Below, piece by piece: positions 53,228 through 62,667 of a stretch of 64,000 nucleotides of DNA. How positions within the stretch are numbered: the stretch's first letter is position 1; each line of letters begins with the position of its first letter. The translations under genes were made by a program, and so were the position numbers. The notes beneath the pieces are model-generated. The model had not been told where the DNA came from. It ran no database searches and saw only the letters and a program-made list of their open reading frames with translations. This DNA comes from a virus (lineage: Duplodnaviria; Caudoviricetes): the IMG/VR virus record IMGVR_UViG_3300026549_000076, positions 5,444-69,443 of that record. One strand, given 5' to 3'.

Positions 53228-55147
53228 CTACAGTAAATTAATGAAACTTTGAGTATCTTTAGTTCTCATTGATGAATAAATCGCATCTGCATCAACCAAA
53301 GCATTATGAACTGAACCACAAACAGCATCAGTAAGACCTTTATCACCAACAGAACCATCAGTAAACTGTGCAGGGTGATCTACCTTATGTTTATCTCTAT
53401 ACCAAATCAAATTAAATAATTCTTCCTTATATCTTCTAACATTTGGATGTTTAATTCTTTCAGAGAAATAAAGTTGAGTTAAATCAGTATAAGCTTTATC
53501 ATCTCTATCTAAAGACAATCTATCTACATTAAAATTATGTATCTTTAAATCCTGAACAGCTTCCTCAGAAGCATAAGAGTCAAAAGTAACCTTACCAATA
53601 GTAAGATGTAAAGTATCTCTTAAATAATAACAAATACTTCTTAACTTCTTTAAATCAATCTGTTCTGGCTTCTTAGGTGGAAGAATTCTCATCATCCATT
53701 CTACAGTAACATACTTATCTAAAGTACCATCCTCTCTAGGAACCACCTGAACATAACTACATGCCACACCAGCTTCATCAGTAGTAATAGACTGGTCAAA
53801 ATGTAAATATCTTGGAAGTTCTGGATGTTGAGGTTTATAACCTTCACTAAAATAAGATTGAATAGTTCTAACATCAACAACATTAGTAGAAATTGTAATA
53901 TCATCTTGAATAAAAACACTACCTAAAGTCGCAGCCTTCTGATAATACTTATCAGAAGTAAATAATCTACCTTGAGGCGCAACAACAACCGATGCAATAT
54001 CCTGTAAGGCTTGAATAAGATTAGTTTGAAACTCACCTAAGAAATCAATTGGTACTTCAACAAAATCTTCTTGAAAAGACTTATCTAACTCTTTATACGC
54101 AACAGTAGGATCCTTAGATTTAAAAGTCATAGGTTGCATATACTTAGTAACCAAATAGTCATTAAAGAATCTTACATCTTCAACAATTTGAGGATCAAGA
54201 ATATTAGATCCTTTAAAAACTAAAAAATGTTTATCAGAATAAGTTCCTTTAGGCTTAACTGTCCAAAGAGTCTCTTTAATAATATAACAATGTGGATTAG
54301 ACTCATTTCTCTTAATTAGTTGTGAAACAAAACCTGATTCATAAGTAGGTGAAGATAAAACTATATTCAAAGAGTGATTAATACCATTTACCATAAATCT
54401 AGACTTAGCTCTGTTTCTAATAGAAACATAAAGAGATTGAGCTCTAGACAAAGCTTGACCATCAACAGAACTATTAGTAACACCATAGAAGTCACCTTCA
54501 TCAACAACAGACAAAATAACATCAGTACCAATAACTTGTTTAGATTGTGAACCTGAAGTAATAGCCATATTCCTTTCAGGCCAATCTATATCATAAGATC
54601 TTTTAGTATTAGGTAAGAAATAGTCTCTAAAATAAGGAATTGAAAGTAACATATTTCTTAACTGTGCATAACCTGTATTCTCAGCAACTTCCCTAGTAAT
54701 AGAAAAATAAACCATAAGTAACTTCTTAGAAGTCATTAAATTGTACAAAGGTCTAATATCTGAATAACAAGATAATTCATATAACTTACGCAACAAAATT
54801 ACATTAGCACAACTGGTTTTACCTGAACCTAAACTCGCTAACATAATAATTTCATCTATATAATCTTCTTCATCTCTATCTTCATCAAAAATAGAAATCA
54901 AATGTTCTTTGTACTTAGGATACAAAGTATAACATAAATCCCCTATATAATAATCAGAATTAACCCACTCCTCTATAGGAACTATAGGTCTCAATAAAAC
55001 TGCTCTAGTTTGAGTAGAAATAGTAGAAATTTCTTCTAAAAGTTTCTTAGTCTGACTATCTAAAACCTTCGTCTTAGGTTTAGCTTTAACGGTGGACTTA
55101 CGCTTTCTGACCTTCTTCTCCTTCGTCTTCAAAGAGTTTTCTTTCAT
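53228..55147 (-). CDS. Terminase large subunit
   Basis: SLGSGKT (Walker A), VVDEGD (Walker B), VLSSP, nuclease YLHFDQS, VTFDSY, HKVDHP...KGLTDAV. Confidence 0.88.
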   Translation of the reverse strand: MKENSLKTKEKKVRKRKSTVKAKPKTKVLDSQTKKLLEEISTISTQTRAVLLRPIVPIEEWVNSDYYIGDLCYTLYPKYKEHLISIFDEDRDEEDYIDEIIMLASLGSGKTSCANVILLRKLYELSCYSDIRPLYNLMTSKKLLMVYFSITREVAENTGYAQLRNMLLSIPYFRDYFLPNTKRSYDIDWPERNMAITSGSQSKQVIGTDVILSVVDEGDFYGVTNSSVDGQALSRAQSLYVSIRNRAKSRFMVNGINHSLNIVLSSPTYESGFVSQLIKRNESNPHCYIIKETLWTVKPKGTYSDKHFLVFKGSNILDPQIVEDVRFFNDYLVTKYMQPMTFKSKDPTVAYKELDKSFQEDFVEVPIDFLGEFQTNLIQALQDIASVVVAPQGRLFTSDKYYQKAATLGSVFIQDDITISTNVVDVRTIQSYFSEGYKPQHPELPRYLHFDQSITTDEAGVACSYVQVVPREDGTLDKYVTVEWMMRILPPKKPEQIDLKKLRSICYYLRDTLHLTIGKVTFDSYASEEAVQDLKIHNFNVDRLSLDRDDKAYTDLTQLYFSERIKHPNVRRYKEELFNLIWYRDKHKVDHPAQFTDGSVGDKGLTDAVCGSVHNALVDADAIYSSMRTKDTQSFINLL

Positions 55148-55481
55148 CCGCCTCACCCACTCTTAATAAAATAGCACTCAAACGTTGTTGAGTAATATGA
55201 AAATATCTGACAGTATCAGCTACCACAGTAGCACTGTCAGAATGCTTCATGTAATATCTATACACTTCAATATTATAAAGTATATGAAAAACTTTTTGTC
55301 TACTTGGCACAGTTAAAGTTGTACCTGCAAAAAGATCTAAAAATTTGACAAAGTCATCCTCAGATTTAAAGAAGTCTAATAAAAGAACTAACTTATCTTT
55401 ATACACAGGTAACATTTTCAATAAAAGAATTAAATCATCATAGTTTAATTCTTTTGCTTGTGATAATTGTCCAGCTTCCAT
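55098..55481 (-). CDS. Mor-like transcription activator candidate
   Basis: FVKFLDLFAGTTLTVPS resembles the Mor GG..YIP signature. C-terminal HTH-like segment TVRYFHITQQRLSAIL. Confidence 0.55.
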   Translation of the reverse strand: MEAGQLSQAKELNYDDLILLLKMLPVYKDKLVLLLDFFKSEDDFVKFLDLFAGTTLTVPSRQKVFHILYNIEVYRYYMKHSDSATVVADTVRYFHITQQRLSAILLRVGEADERKLFEDEGEEGQKA

Positions 55482-55918
55482 ATTAACTCTCCTTTCAACA
55501 CACTATCAAGTAAAGAATTAACATCTACACTTAGTAAATTTCTAATATAGTTCTTGTCCTTAGTACCTAAGACATTTTTATACTGATTATAAACTTCAGT
55601 AACAATATCGTCTAAATACAAATTAAAGTTAAGGTCAATTGAAGTATCAGATTGTTGAATAATTACTTCATCATCTACTGCAACAAGTTTCTTATCATGA
55701 TACAAATAACTAGAAACAGCATTACGAGCAATAGAATAGGCATACCCATAAAGATTAAAGACTGGATCATAAGTATTATTCTGTAGAACATCTAAAATCT
55801 TCATATAACACTCCTGATATAAATCCTCATAACAATTCATATCTCTAAACTTATAGATAACTCTCTTAATTGCAGAATCAAAAATAACAAATGAACTTCC
55901 TTGATCTATATTCTTCAA
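55445..55918 (-). CDS. Short sigma-70-family factor (region 2; no evident region 4)
   Basis: EDLYQECYMKIL..YDP..NLYGYAYSIARNAVSSYL. Confidence 0.75.
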   Translation of the reverse strand: MKNIDQGSSFVIFDSAIKRVIYKFRDMNCYEDLYQECYMKILDVLQNNTYDPVFNLYGYAYSIARNAVSSYLYHDKKLVAVDDEVIIQQSDTSIDLNFNLYLDDIVTEVYNQYKNVLGTKDKNYIRNLLSVDVNSLLDSVLKGELIWKLDNYHKQKN

Positions 55919-55935
55919 TTAACACACCTCTATTA

Positions 55936-55952
55936 TTACTATAACATAGAAA
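55936..55952 (-). promoter_or_regulatory. Candidate promoter TTTCT-ATGTTA-TAGTAA upstream of the sigma gene
   Basis: Variant of the recurring motif. Confidence 0.35.
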
Positions 55953-57029
55953 TTAAGAAAGTGCTTTTAATTTATTCACCAAAACAAGCATTGCTATCTG
56001 AAATTGATTATCATTAGCAAATAACTTGTAAATACCTTGATCATTAAAAATATCAATTAAATCAAAAGTATATTTATGTTTAACCAACAAATCAGAGAAT
56101 TCTGCAGAAGGAGTTGAAGTAAAAGTATTTTTAATTAAATCTAAAACAAAAGATTCATAATCTGCTTTTAAATCTGCTACCATAAAAGCAGTTAAACTTT
56201 TCAAAACACCTTCTAAATTCTGATCAATTTTATCTTTATCAAACTTAGTAATTAAAGTTTTATAATTAATAGCTTTAGTAAATAACTCAATATAAATTGA
56301 CTTTGCAGATCTAACAGAATCCTTAAAATCCTCCTTAAGAAGAAACATACTATCTAAAAGCATTAAAGCATTTCTCATATGTCCTCTAGAACGCTCACAA
56401 ATAAGTTCAAGATTATAATTAAGTTCCTCATCTGAAAAAGTAATTTTATCCCTATTAAGTTCAACAATATGTTGTAAATAAGGTAACATCATTTCTCTAG
56501 ACAAAGTTCTAATCTTTAACTCCAAACTTCTAGAAACAATAGTAGGTAAAAGCTTATCTGGATCAGTAGTACATAAAACAAAGAAAACATTAGGTTGAGG
56601 TTCCTCTAAAACCTTAAGTAATGCAGCTTGAGATTGTTTAGAACACAAAGCAACTTCATCTAAACAAATAACCTTAAATCCTTTGTCATAACCAAAATAG
56701 AATGTATTTCTAAGCTCTCTTATATCATTAACATTACCTACAATAGTAGAGTCATATTCAGTATAAAACATAGTATCTTGAATATCTCTACCACAAACAG
56801 GACAATCAGGTTTAAGACACGCATCACCATTAGGTAACTGATTAGGACAATTAAGAGCCCTAGCAAGAATCCTTGCAGAAGTTGTCTTACCTGAACCAAA
56901 AGAACCTTCAAGTAAAATGGTATGTGGACTATTATAAGGATCTTTACAAATATGAAGTAAAGACTTCTTAATTAAACCCTGACCTGCCATATCCCTAAAA
57001 GATTGAGGTCTATGTTCAAGTGTTAACAT
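55953..57029 (-). CDS. dnaX: DNA polymerase III gamma/tau-like clamp-loader ATPase
   Basis: HRPQSFRDMAGQ, GSFGSGKTTSARILARALNC, CxxC, LDEV, AALLKVLEEP, TIVSRS. Confidence 0.9.
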   Translation of the reverse strand: MLTLEHRPQSFRDMAGQGLIKKSLLHICKDPYNSPHTILLEGSFGSGKTTSARILARALNCPNQLPNGDACLKPDCPVCGRDIQDTMFYTEYDSTIVGNVNDIRELRNTFYFGYDKGFKVICLDEVALCSKQSQAALLKVLEEPQPNVFFVLCTTDPDKLLPTIVSRSLELKIRTLSREMMLPYLQHIVELNRDKITFSDEELNYNLELICERSRGHMRNALMLLDSMFLLKEDFKDSVRSAKSIYIELFTKAINYKTLITKFDKDKIDQNLEGVLKSLTAFMVADLKADYESFVLDLIKNTFTSTPSAEFSDLLVKHKYTFDLIDIFNDQGIYKLFANDNQFQIAMLVLVNKLKALS

Positions 57030-57033
57030 AATA

Positions 57034-57519
57034 TCACTTCTCCTTCTTAGTTCTTTTTCCTTTAACAGTATCTTCATACTGATGTAGATTTAAATTATCT
57101 GAAATAACCTTAATACTAGAAACCTTCTTGAAACCCATACCCAAAATATAAGCTAATTCCATATCAAAGACACATGGTTCAGCTATATCAGTTTGAGTAA
57201 CAAAGTCACATGAAGTATAACAAGGAACACCATCTGCATACTTATCTGAAACAATCAAAGAAAAAGTAGGTTCATCATAAGTAACATGAGGATGATATAA
57301 AGAACTCTTACTTACTTGATAAGTGTACCCCTTAGGTAAAGAATTACTTCCTGCAAATCCCCAATTAATAATATGAAACCAACGAGGAACTCTTCGTAGT
57401 TTATTATAAACATTAAGAGCTCCTACACCAGTTTTAATTATTTTATAATTAGGAAACAAATCTTTAGCTTGTTGAAACTCCTCATCAGTAGCAACAACAA
57501 TTCTAGTGAAAAGTTTCAT
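57034..57519 (-). CDS. MTA/SAH nucleosidase-like (PNP_UDP family) protein
   Basis: VATDEE, TGVGALN, INWGFAGS, FDMEL, KVISDN. Confidence 0.78.
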   Translation of the reverse strand: MKLFTRIVVATDEEFQQAKDLFPNYKIIKTGVGALNVYNKLRRVPRWFHIINWGFAGSNSLPKGYTYQVSKSSLYHPHVTYDEPTFSLIVSDKYADGVPCYTSCDFVTQTDIAEPCVFDMELAYILGMGFKKVSSIKVISDNLNLHQYEDTVKGKRTKKEK

Positions 57520-58373
57520 TATTTCATCTCACTTAAGATAGCTTCTAATAATACTTCAGATTCAGGAACTTTTGATAATCCCCATTCTGCAAACTTTTCA
57601 AAACCACCAATTCTATCAATATATCTCTTAGCAATATCTACTATTTCAGAATAAGGTCTACCATCAATAAAATTATCTCCAATAGCACAGCAAAGGTCTA
57701 CATCTTTATGTTCAGCTTGAGCTTTAAGCCATGCATAAATATTAACAGAAACATCAGCTTTAGAAATGTCCTTACCATGAAGTCCACCACCAGAAACTGA
57801 ATGTCCCATATCAGAACCTAACTTACGATTAGTAGCTCCTGTATCTACATCAGTTCCACCTGTCCATTCACCAAGTGGATTAAGAGTTAAACCATAACCA
57901 GTAGTTGCTAAAAGATCACCAAGTTCATCATTAGTTGCATTACTTTGACAAACAATCAACTTACCATTAGTTTCATCAAGAATATACTTACCATCACTTG
58001 GAAACTTAACATAAATCTCTTCAGCAATACGTTGAAGCATCATCTCTTCACCTGTAAGATTCTTACCTGTAAAGATTCCATTATCTCCACATCTTATTTC
58101 ATCTTTTTGATTATCCGCTAGATGAGGATCTTGTGGTACAACTTGTAAATCAAGTAATACTCCTTCTCCAACAATTCTATCAATAATTGGTTGAATTTCT
58201 TCTTCCATAAAAACTACAGAAGATTCAATGATAATGTGTGCATTACCATGACCTAAAAGTACTTCAACTGCTACTTTAGGATTTTCTTGCTTAGTATAAG
58301 CTAAATCAACAATAGCTCCAGCAACTCGATCTGCAAGTTTATCTGGATGTTTAGGATTAACTATTTCTATCAT
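57519..58373 (-). CDS. metK: S-adenosylmethionine synthetase, compact phage type
   Basis: HPDKLADRVAGAIVD, GDNGI, DTGATNRKL, GGGLHGKDISKAD. Confidence 0.9.
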   Translation of the reverse strand: MIEIVNPKHPDKLADRVAGAIVDLAYTKQENPKVAVEVLLGHGNAHIIIESSVVFMEEEIQPIIDRIVGEGVLLDLQVVPQDPHLADNQKDEIRCGDNGIFTGKNLTGEEMMLQRIAEEIYVKFPSDGKYILDETNGKLIVCQSNATNDELGDLLATTGYGLTLNPLGEWTGGTDVDTGATNRKLGSDMGHSVSGGGLHGKDISKADVSVNIYAWLKAQAEHKDVDLCCAIGDNFIDGRPYSEIVDIAKRYIDRIGGFEKFAEWGLSKVPESEVLLEAILSEMK

Positions 58374-58396
58374 AACAAAACCTCCTTCAATTAACC

Positions 58397-58424
58397 CATT
58401 TAAATCAATTCTAAGCCACTTTCT
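58397..58424. repeat. Dispersed 28-bp intergenic repeat, copy 2, next to an inverted repeat
   Basis: CATTTAAATCAATTCTAAGCCACTTTCT, followed by the hairpin CTTTCTTGATTA...TAATCAAGAAAG. Confidence 0.85.
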
Positions 58425-58487
58425 TGATTAATCAATAGAATAATCAAGAAAGAAAACTTAAAAGAAATTTACCAAATATGTGACTCT

Positions 58488-59669
58488 CTATCCAGCTGAA
58501 TCTAAGTCTTCAGTATCATCAGCTGTATAATCCACCAATTTATTCTCTTCATAAGTAAGATCATCACGTTCATCATAATCTGCATTAACCATAGCTTCAT
58601 GTTTACCTAAGAAATAGTCAGTTACATAATCATTACATAACTTATCAATTTCATCCCAATTATTATTAATTAAAGTAAGTAAACCATTTCTACCTGCAGA
58701 AGTAGTATAATCTCCAGAATCTAAATGTAATTCATGAGTAACACTAGACTTCTTTACATACACTGGTTCACCTTTACTATTAACTAATAAAGGTAATAAT
58801 ACCTCATAGGCTGCAAGATTAGAAACACCCTTACCAAAATAGATAGTCATAGGATAAGCAATAAAACCTTGACCTTGACGAGACTTAGTTGCCTCAATAG
58901 TAGTCTCAGCACCTATAGTTGCATTCTCAGAATCCCCAGTAACTAAAACTGCCTTATCAAGAATCTTCTTCTTACGTTTCATAAATAGTCTAACATCTGG
59001 GAAAAACTTAACAGCTTGACCTCCAGTAGATTTAAATGAAGTAATAAAGGTATTACTTAAATCAACTCTTGTTTGACTAATACAGAAAAAGATACAGTTA
59101 TATTTAGTTTTCAATGCATTTAACTTCTTAAGAAGTCTTGATGACATTAAAGCATCAAAACCAACTCTATTTTCAGTTGCCTTTCTATCTTCTTTCTCAT
59201 CAAGATAAACATCACCTACAAGTGCAGTAAGAGAATCAATTACAATTAGCTTAAACTTATTAGTCTGTAAAGCTTTAGTAATAAGTTCTTCTACTGCTGT
59301 ATACCCAGAAATTCTAACTAAAGTAAATAAATTATCCTTATGATCTTTAGTAGAAAGATAAGGTGACAATTGTAAACCTTCAATCATTGAATCTTTAACT
59401 GATCCTTCAGAATCTATATACAAAGTACCCAAACCTAAATCTGCAAAATTCTTAGCAAGATTCAAAAGTAGAGTTGACTTACCTACTCCAGATTCTGATG
59501 ATAATTCAATAAGACTACCAGACTCAAGATATCCTCCAAGAACTTCATCTAAAGGTAAAATACCTGTCTTATACTTTTCAGGTTCAAAGTATGCATCACA
59601 TTCTTTCTCTAAATAAGTTAAAAAATCATCTGTAGAACATTTCTCAACTTTCTTTCTAGTAATCGCCAT
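58488..59669 (-). CDS. recA: RecA/UvsX-like recombinase
   Basis: TGILPLDEVLGG, SESGVGKST, YIDSEG, IVIDSLTAL, ISQTR, TGGQAVKF. Confidence 0.88.
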   Translation of the reverse strand: MAITRKKVEKCSTDDFLTYLEKECDAYFEPEKYKTGILPLDEVLGGYLESGSLIELSSESGVGKSTLLLNLAKNFADLGLGTLYIDSEGSVKDSMIEGLQLSPYLSTKDHKDNLFTLVRISGYTAVEELITKALQTNKFKLIVIDSLTALVGDVYLDEKEDRKATENRVGFDALMSSRLLKKLNALKTKYNCIFFCISQTRVDLSNTFITSFKSTGGQAVKFFPDVRLFMKRKKKILDKAVLVTGDSENATIGAETTIEATKSRQGQGFIAYPMTIYFGKGVSNLAAYEVLLPLLVNSKGEPVYVKKSSVTHELHLDSGDYTTSAGRNGLLTLINNNWDEIDKLCNDYVTDYFLGKHEAMVNADYDERDDLTYEENKLVDYTADDTEDLDSAG

Positions 59670-59735
59670 AAACATTCCTCCTTTCCAAAAATAAAGTCTA
59701 TTAAACCTTATGAAATCTAATAGACTCTAACAACA

Positions 59736-59945
59736 CTAATTAACTTTAAAACTTGTTGTATCTAAAGATTTAGATGGTTTAAAAGAAATAACTATTTTAT
59801 CTTCAGTTTTAAATGGCTTACCATTAAAACTACTTACTCCTTCTCTACCCTTTCTAACTTTAGTAGTGAATACACCAAATCCATTAACTTGAGATCTTCC
59901 TGTTTCTTTTAATTCTTCTAAGATCTCTGCAACTGTTTTATTCAT
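59736..59945 (-). CDS. HU/IHF-like histone-like protein
   Basis: QVNGFGVFTTKVRKGREG..GKPF..VISFKPSKSL. Confidence 0.88.
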   Translation of the reverse strand: MNKTVAEILEELKETGRSQVNGFGVFTTKVRKGREGVSSFNGKPFKTEDKIVISFKPSKSLDTTSFKVN

Positions 59946-59991
59946 ACAGTATCCTCCTTCTAGAAGTAAAACTTCTAATATTAATTATGAA

Positions 59992-61380
59992 TTAATAATT
60001 AACTAATAAACATTTGGTAGATAAAACTTGAGAAACTACAGTAAATGAATTAAATATTACTTGTTCAGCAACCATATAAGAATCAAAAACATTCTTCTCA
60101 ATATAATCTACAAACTCAGTAAGTAAACTATACCCACTTAAACCAAACAATAACTTATATAAATAATTCATTGATACCTTAACTGGTTCACAATCACATC
60201 CAGCTACCAATGCTGAATAAGTAAATCCTGCACCAAGAACATAACCTGAATTCCTTGCATTATAAGCTGAAGAAACAGCATCCTCAATTCTCTTATAATA
60301 CTCATCTTGTTGAGAAAAAGTAGTAAACCCAACCTGAATTATAGAAGAATTATTTGGTAAAACATCTGAAGAATATTCATCATTATCACCTTGAATAACT
60401 ATAGAATCCTTTGTATAAGTACAACCTTTAGCTTCTCCCCAAACAAAGTCATTACCAACAACTTGATATGGATTCATATCATCTAAAACATCACACTTAA
60501 AATAAGACTTAAGTGCAGTAAAGTATTCATCTAATTTATCCATAGATTTAATCTTAACTGGAATAAGATTAAGACTTCCTTCTTGAACATTATAATGTAT
60601 CTGATCTAACACAGAATAAGAAATATCTGAAAAAATCATGATAGTCTTCTTTGGATTTTTAGAAATTTTATTTAATAAACTCGCAAAAGCTGTATCAATT
60701 CTTGAAACACTTTGATTAATAAGAATTACATTCAAAGGCTCTTCTAAATTCAAAGGCATATGTCTAAGAACTATAGGATTAATTTCAACTGGAGTCAAAC
60801 TAATACCAGAAACAGATACTGCAGCAACACCTGAAATTTCATCTGTCTTCATAATAGTTGGTTTCTGATCAATAGATAAATTCTTAAACGCATCAAAAAT
60901 AACATCAGTAAATTTATCTGAACCTAAACTAACAGTAATAACATTACGTAAATCTTCATCTGAAGAAATATTCTTCTTAAACTTCTGTAAAGAATCTAAT
61001 AAAGAATCTCTCATATCAAGAAGCTGTTGAGGAGTAATACACTCTCCATGACTATGATTATATTCCAAAATGTTATTTAATAACTGATTCTGTAAAACAA
61101 TACTAGAAGTAGTACCATCTGCAGAATTCTTATCTGTCGCAAGAGCAGACTCTTTTAAAGTATTAAGAACTAACTTCAATTCTGGTCTATCAGAAGAAAT
61201 TCTCTGAATAATAGATTTACCATCATTAATAATAGATAAGAAATCATTCTGTGTAGGAACCGCTGAATTAGTTCCATTAGGTCCTAAAGTATGTTCAACA
61301 GCCTGAGTTAAGATATTAGATCCCTCAAGAAATAAATCTTGAACATTCCCTTCATAAATATGCACACCCTTATCATTCAT
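59992..61380 (-). CDS. GroEL-like chaperonin
   Basis: TLGPNG, IINDGKSI, ADGTTSS, RIEDAVSSA..GYVLGAG. About 460 aa, no GGM tail. Confidence 0.85.
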   Translation of the reverse strand: MNDKGVHIYEGNVQDLFLEGSNILTQAVEHTLGPNGTNSAVPTQNDFLSIINDGKSIIQRISSDRPELKLVLNTLKESALATDKNSADGTTSSIVLQNQLLNNILEYNHSHGECITPQQLLDMRDSLLDSLQKFKKNISSDEDLRNVITVSLGSDKFTDVIFDAFKNLSIDQKPTIMKTDEISGVAAVSVSGISLTPVEINPIVLRHMPLNLEEPLNVILINQSVSRIDTAFASLLNKISKNPKKTIMIFSDISYSVLDQIHYNVQEGSLNLIPVKIKSMDKLDEYFTALKSYFKCDVLDDMNPYQVVGNDFVWGEAKGCTYTKDSIVIQGDNDEYSSDVLPNNSSIIQVGFTTFSQQDEYYKRIEDAVSSAYNARNSGYVLGAGFTYSALVAGCDCEPVKVSMNYLYKLLFGLSGYSLLTEFVDYIEKNVFDSYMVAEQVIFNSFTVVSQVLSTKCLLVNY

Positions 61381-61384
61381 AAAA

Positions 61385-62605
61385 CTAACCTCCAAAAGTC
61401 ATAATAGTTAAGATTACTTTATCATTCCACAAATAGATAAATCCTTCAGAATAACCTAAATAAGTAGTAGAAGTAGCATCTAAAGTATTAAATGCTCTAT
61501 AAAGATCTTTAGAATTAACCACTGCATGAAGATCATGAGGTAAATATATTTCTTTACTAATAATTGGAATCTCAACTAAAGATTCATTGTTATTATTTAA
61601 TTTAACTTTACCTAAGACCTTATCCCCCTTAACTGATAAAGTAACACTACCAGCTGCATAAGTAATACTATTAACATATTCCAAAGTATATTTAAGTTCA
61701 CCAAATTGAATTGCTGTACCATCAGGTAAGGCTGATTGAATAGCTCTCGTAGTAATGTCATACTTAGAATCTGCATAATTAGTAATCATTATAATATCAT
61801 CAAATACAATTGCATAACGTGTAATAGTCTGAGAAGAAGTTTCACGAAGTTCTACACTACCTGAAGCAGAACATAAAGAACATGCTTTAAGTAAATAATT
61901 TACTACTTGAGGAATCAATCTAACCTCAGGAAAATGTAAAGAAGAAGTAGCTTGTACAAAAGGAGTCATAAATTGAACTAAGTTATCCTTAACATCAAAA
62001 ACTCTTCTAGGTAAATCAGCAGCAAAAGAATATAACTTACTTAAAGTTCCTAGAGAAGTAAGTACTTCATTCCTATCTAAAGTACAAACAACATTATCAA
62101 GAACATCCCACTCTTGAGTTAACTTTCTTACATCAGAATCAATTAAAACAGTATCAATTAACTCTAAGTCACCTGTAACTAAACGTAAATAATAAATTCC
62201 TTCCTTCTTATAAATTAAAACCTTTAATGGTAAGAAACGTATCATCTTGATTAAGAAACTATAATCTATATGAAAAATAGTTCCATTTGATAAAGTACAT
62301 TTCTCAGGTTTAATATTTGCTGTAAAATAGAATAATTCATTAGGTGTTACAACACGAATGTTATCATCCTCTACAATAAAACTTAAACCTCTAGAAACTT
62401 TTCTTGGTGAGTTAACATCAATAATTGTAGTTAACTGATTAAGAATCTTAACTAAAGTTTCAGTACTAAATAGAATGAAATCTCCATCAGTAGAATAGTC
62501 AACATCCTTTCTATCTAATCTGGTAAGTTCCTCATCAATATTTTCAGAAGCTAATTCTGAATCAACAACTTGTGTAATATCTGAACTATTTAATTCATTA
62601 TTCAT
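61385..62605 (-). CDS. Putative DNA sliding clamp (beta/DnaN-like) with acidic N-terminal extension
   Basis: About 365-aa alternating helix/strand body after a ~40-aa acidic leader. Clamp-loader genes are in the same region. Confidence 0.55.
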   Translation of the reverse strand: MNNELNSSDITQVVDSELASENIDEELTRLDRKDVDYSTDGDFILFSTETLVKILNQLTTIIDVNSPRKVSRGLSFIVEDDNIRVVTPNELFYFTANIKPEKCTLSNGTIFHIDYSFLIKMIRFLPLKVLIYKKEGIYYLRLVTGDLELIDTVLIDSDVRKLTQEWDVLDNVVCTLDRNEVLTSLGTLSKLYSFAADLPRRVFDVKDNLVQFMTPFVQATSSLHFPEVRLIPQVVNYLLKACSLCSASGSVELRETSSQTITRYAIVFDDIIMITNYADSKYDITTRAIQSALPDGTAIQFGELKYTLEYVNSITYAAGSVTLSVKGDKVLGKVKLNNNNESLVEIPIISKEIYLPHDLHAVVNSKDLYRAFNTLDATSTTYLGYSEGFIYLWNDKVILTIMTFGG

Positions 62606-62667
62606 AAAAACCTCCTTATAACGAAACATAGGTCGTTACAAAAATAGTAACAACCCCTAATAATTAA

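Noticed and set aside
1250-53919. Short alternative-frame minus-strand ORFs (1250, 18023, 21211, 22398, 35262, 47807, 49918, 53719)
   Set aside because: They are nested in real genes. Their Leu/Ile-rich composition is the expected off-frame product of AT-rich codons.
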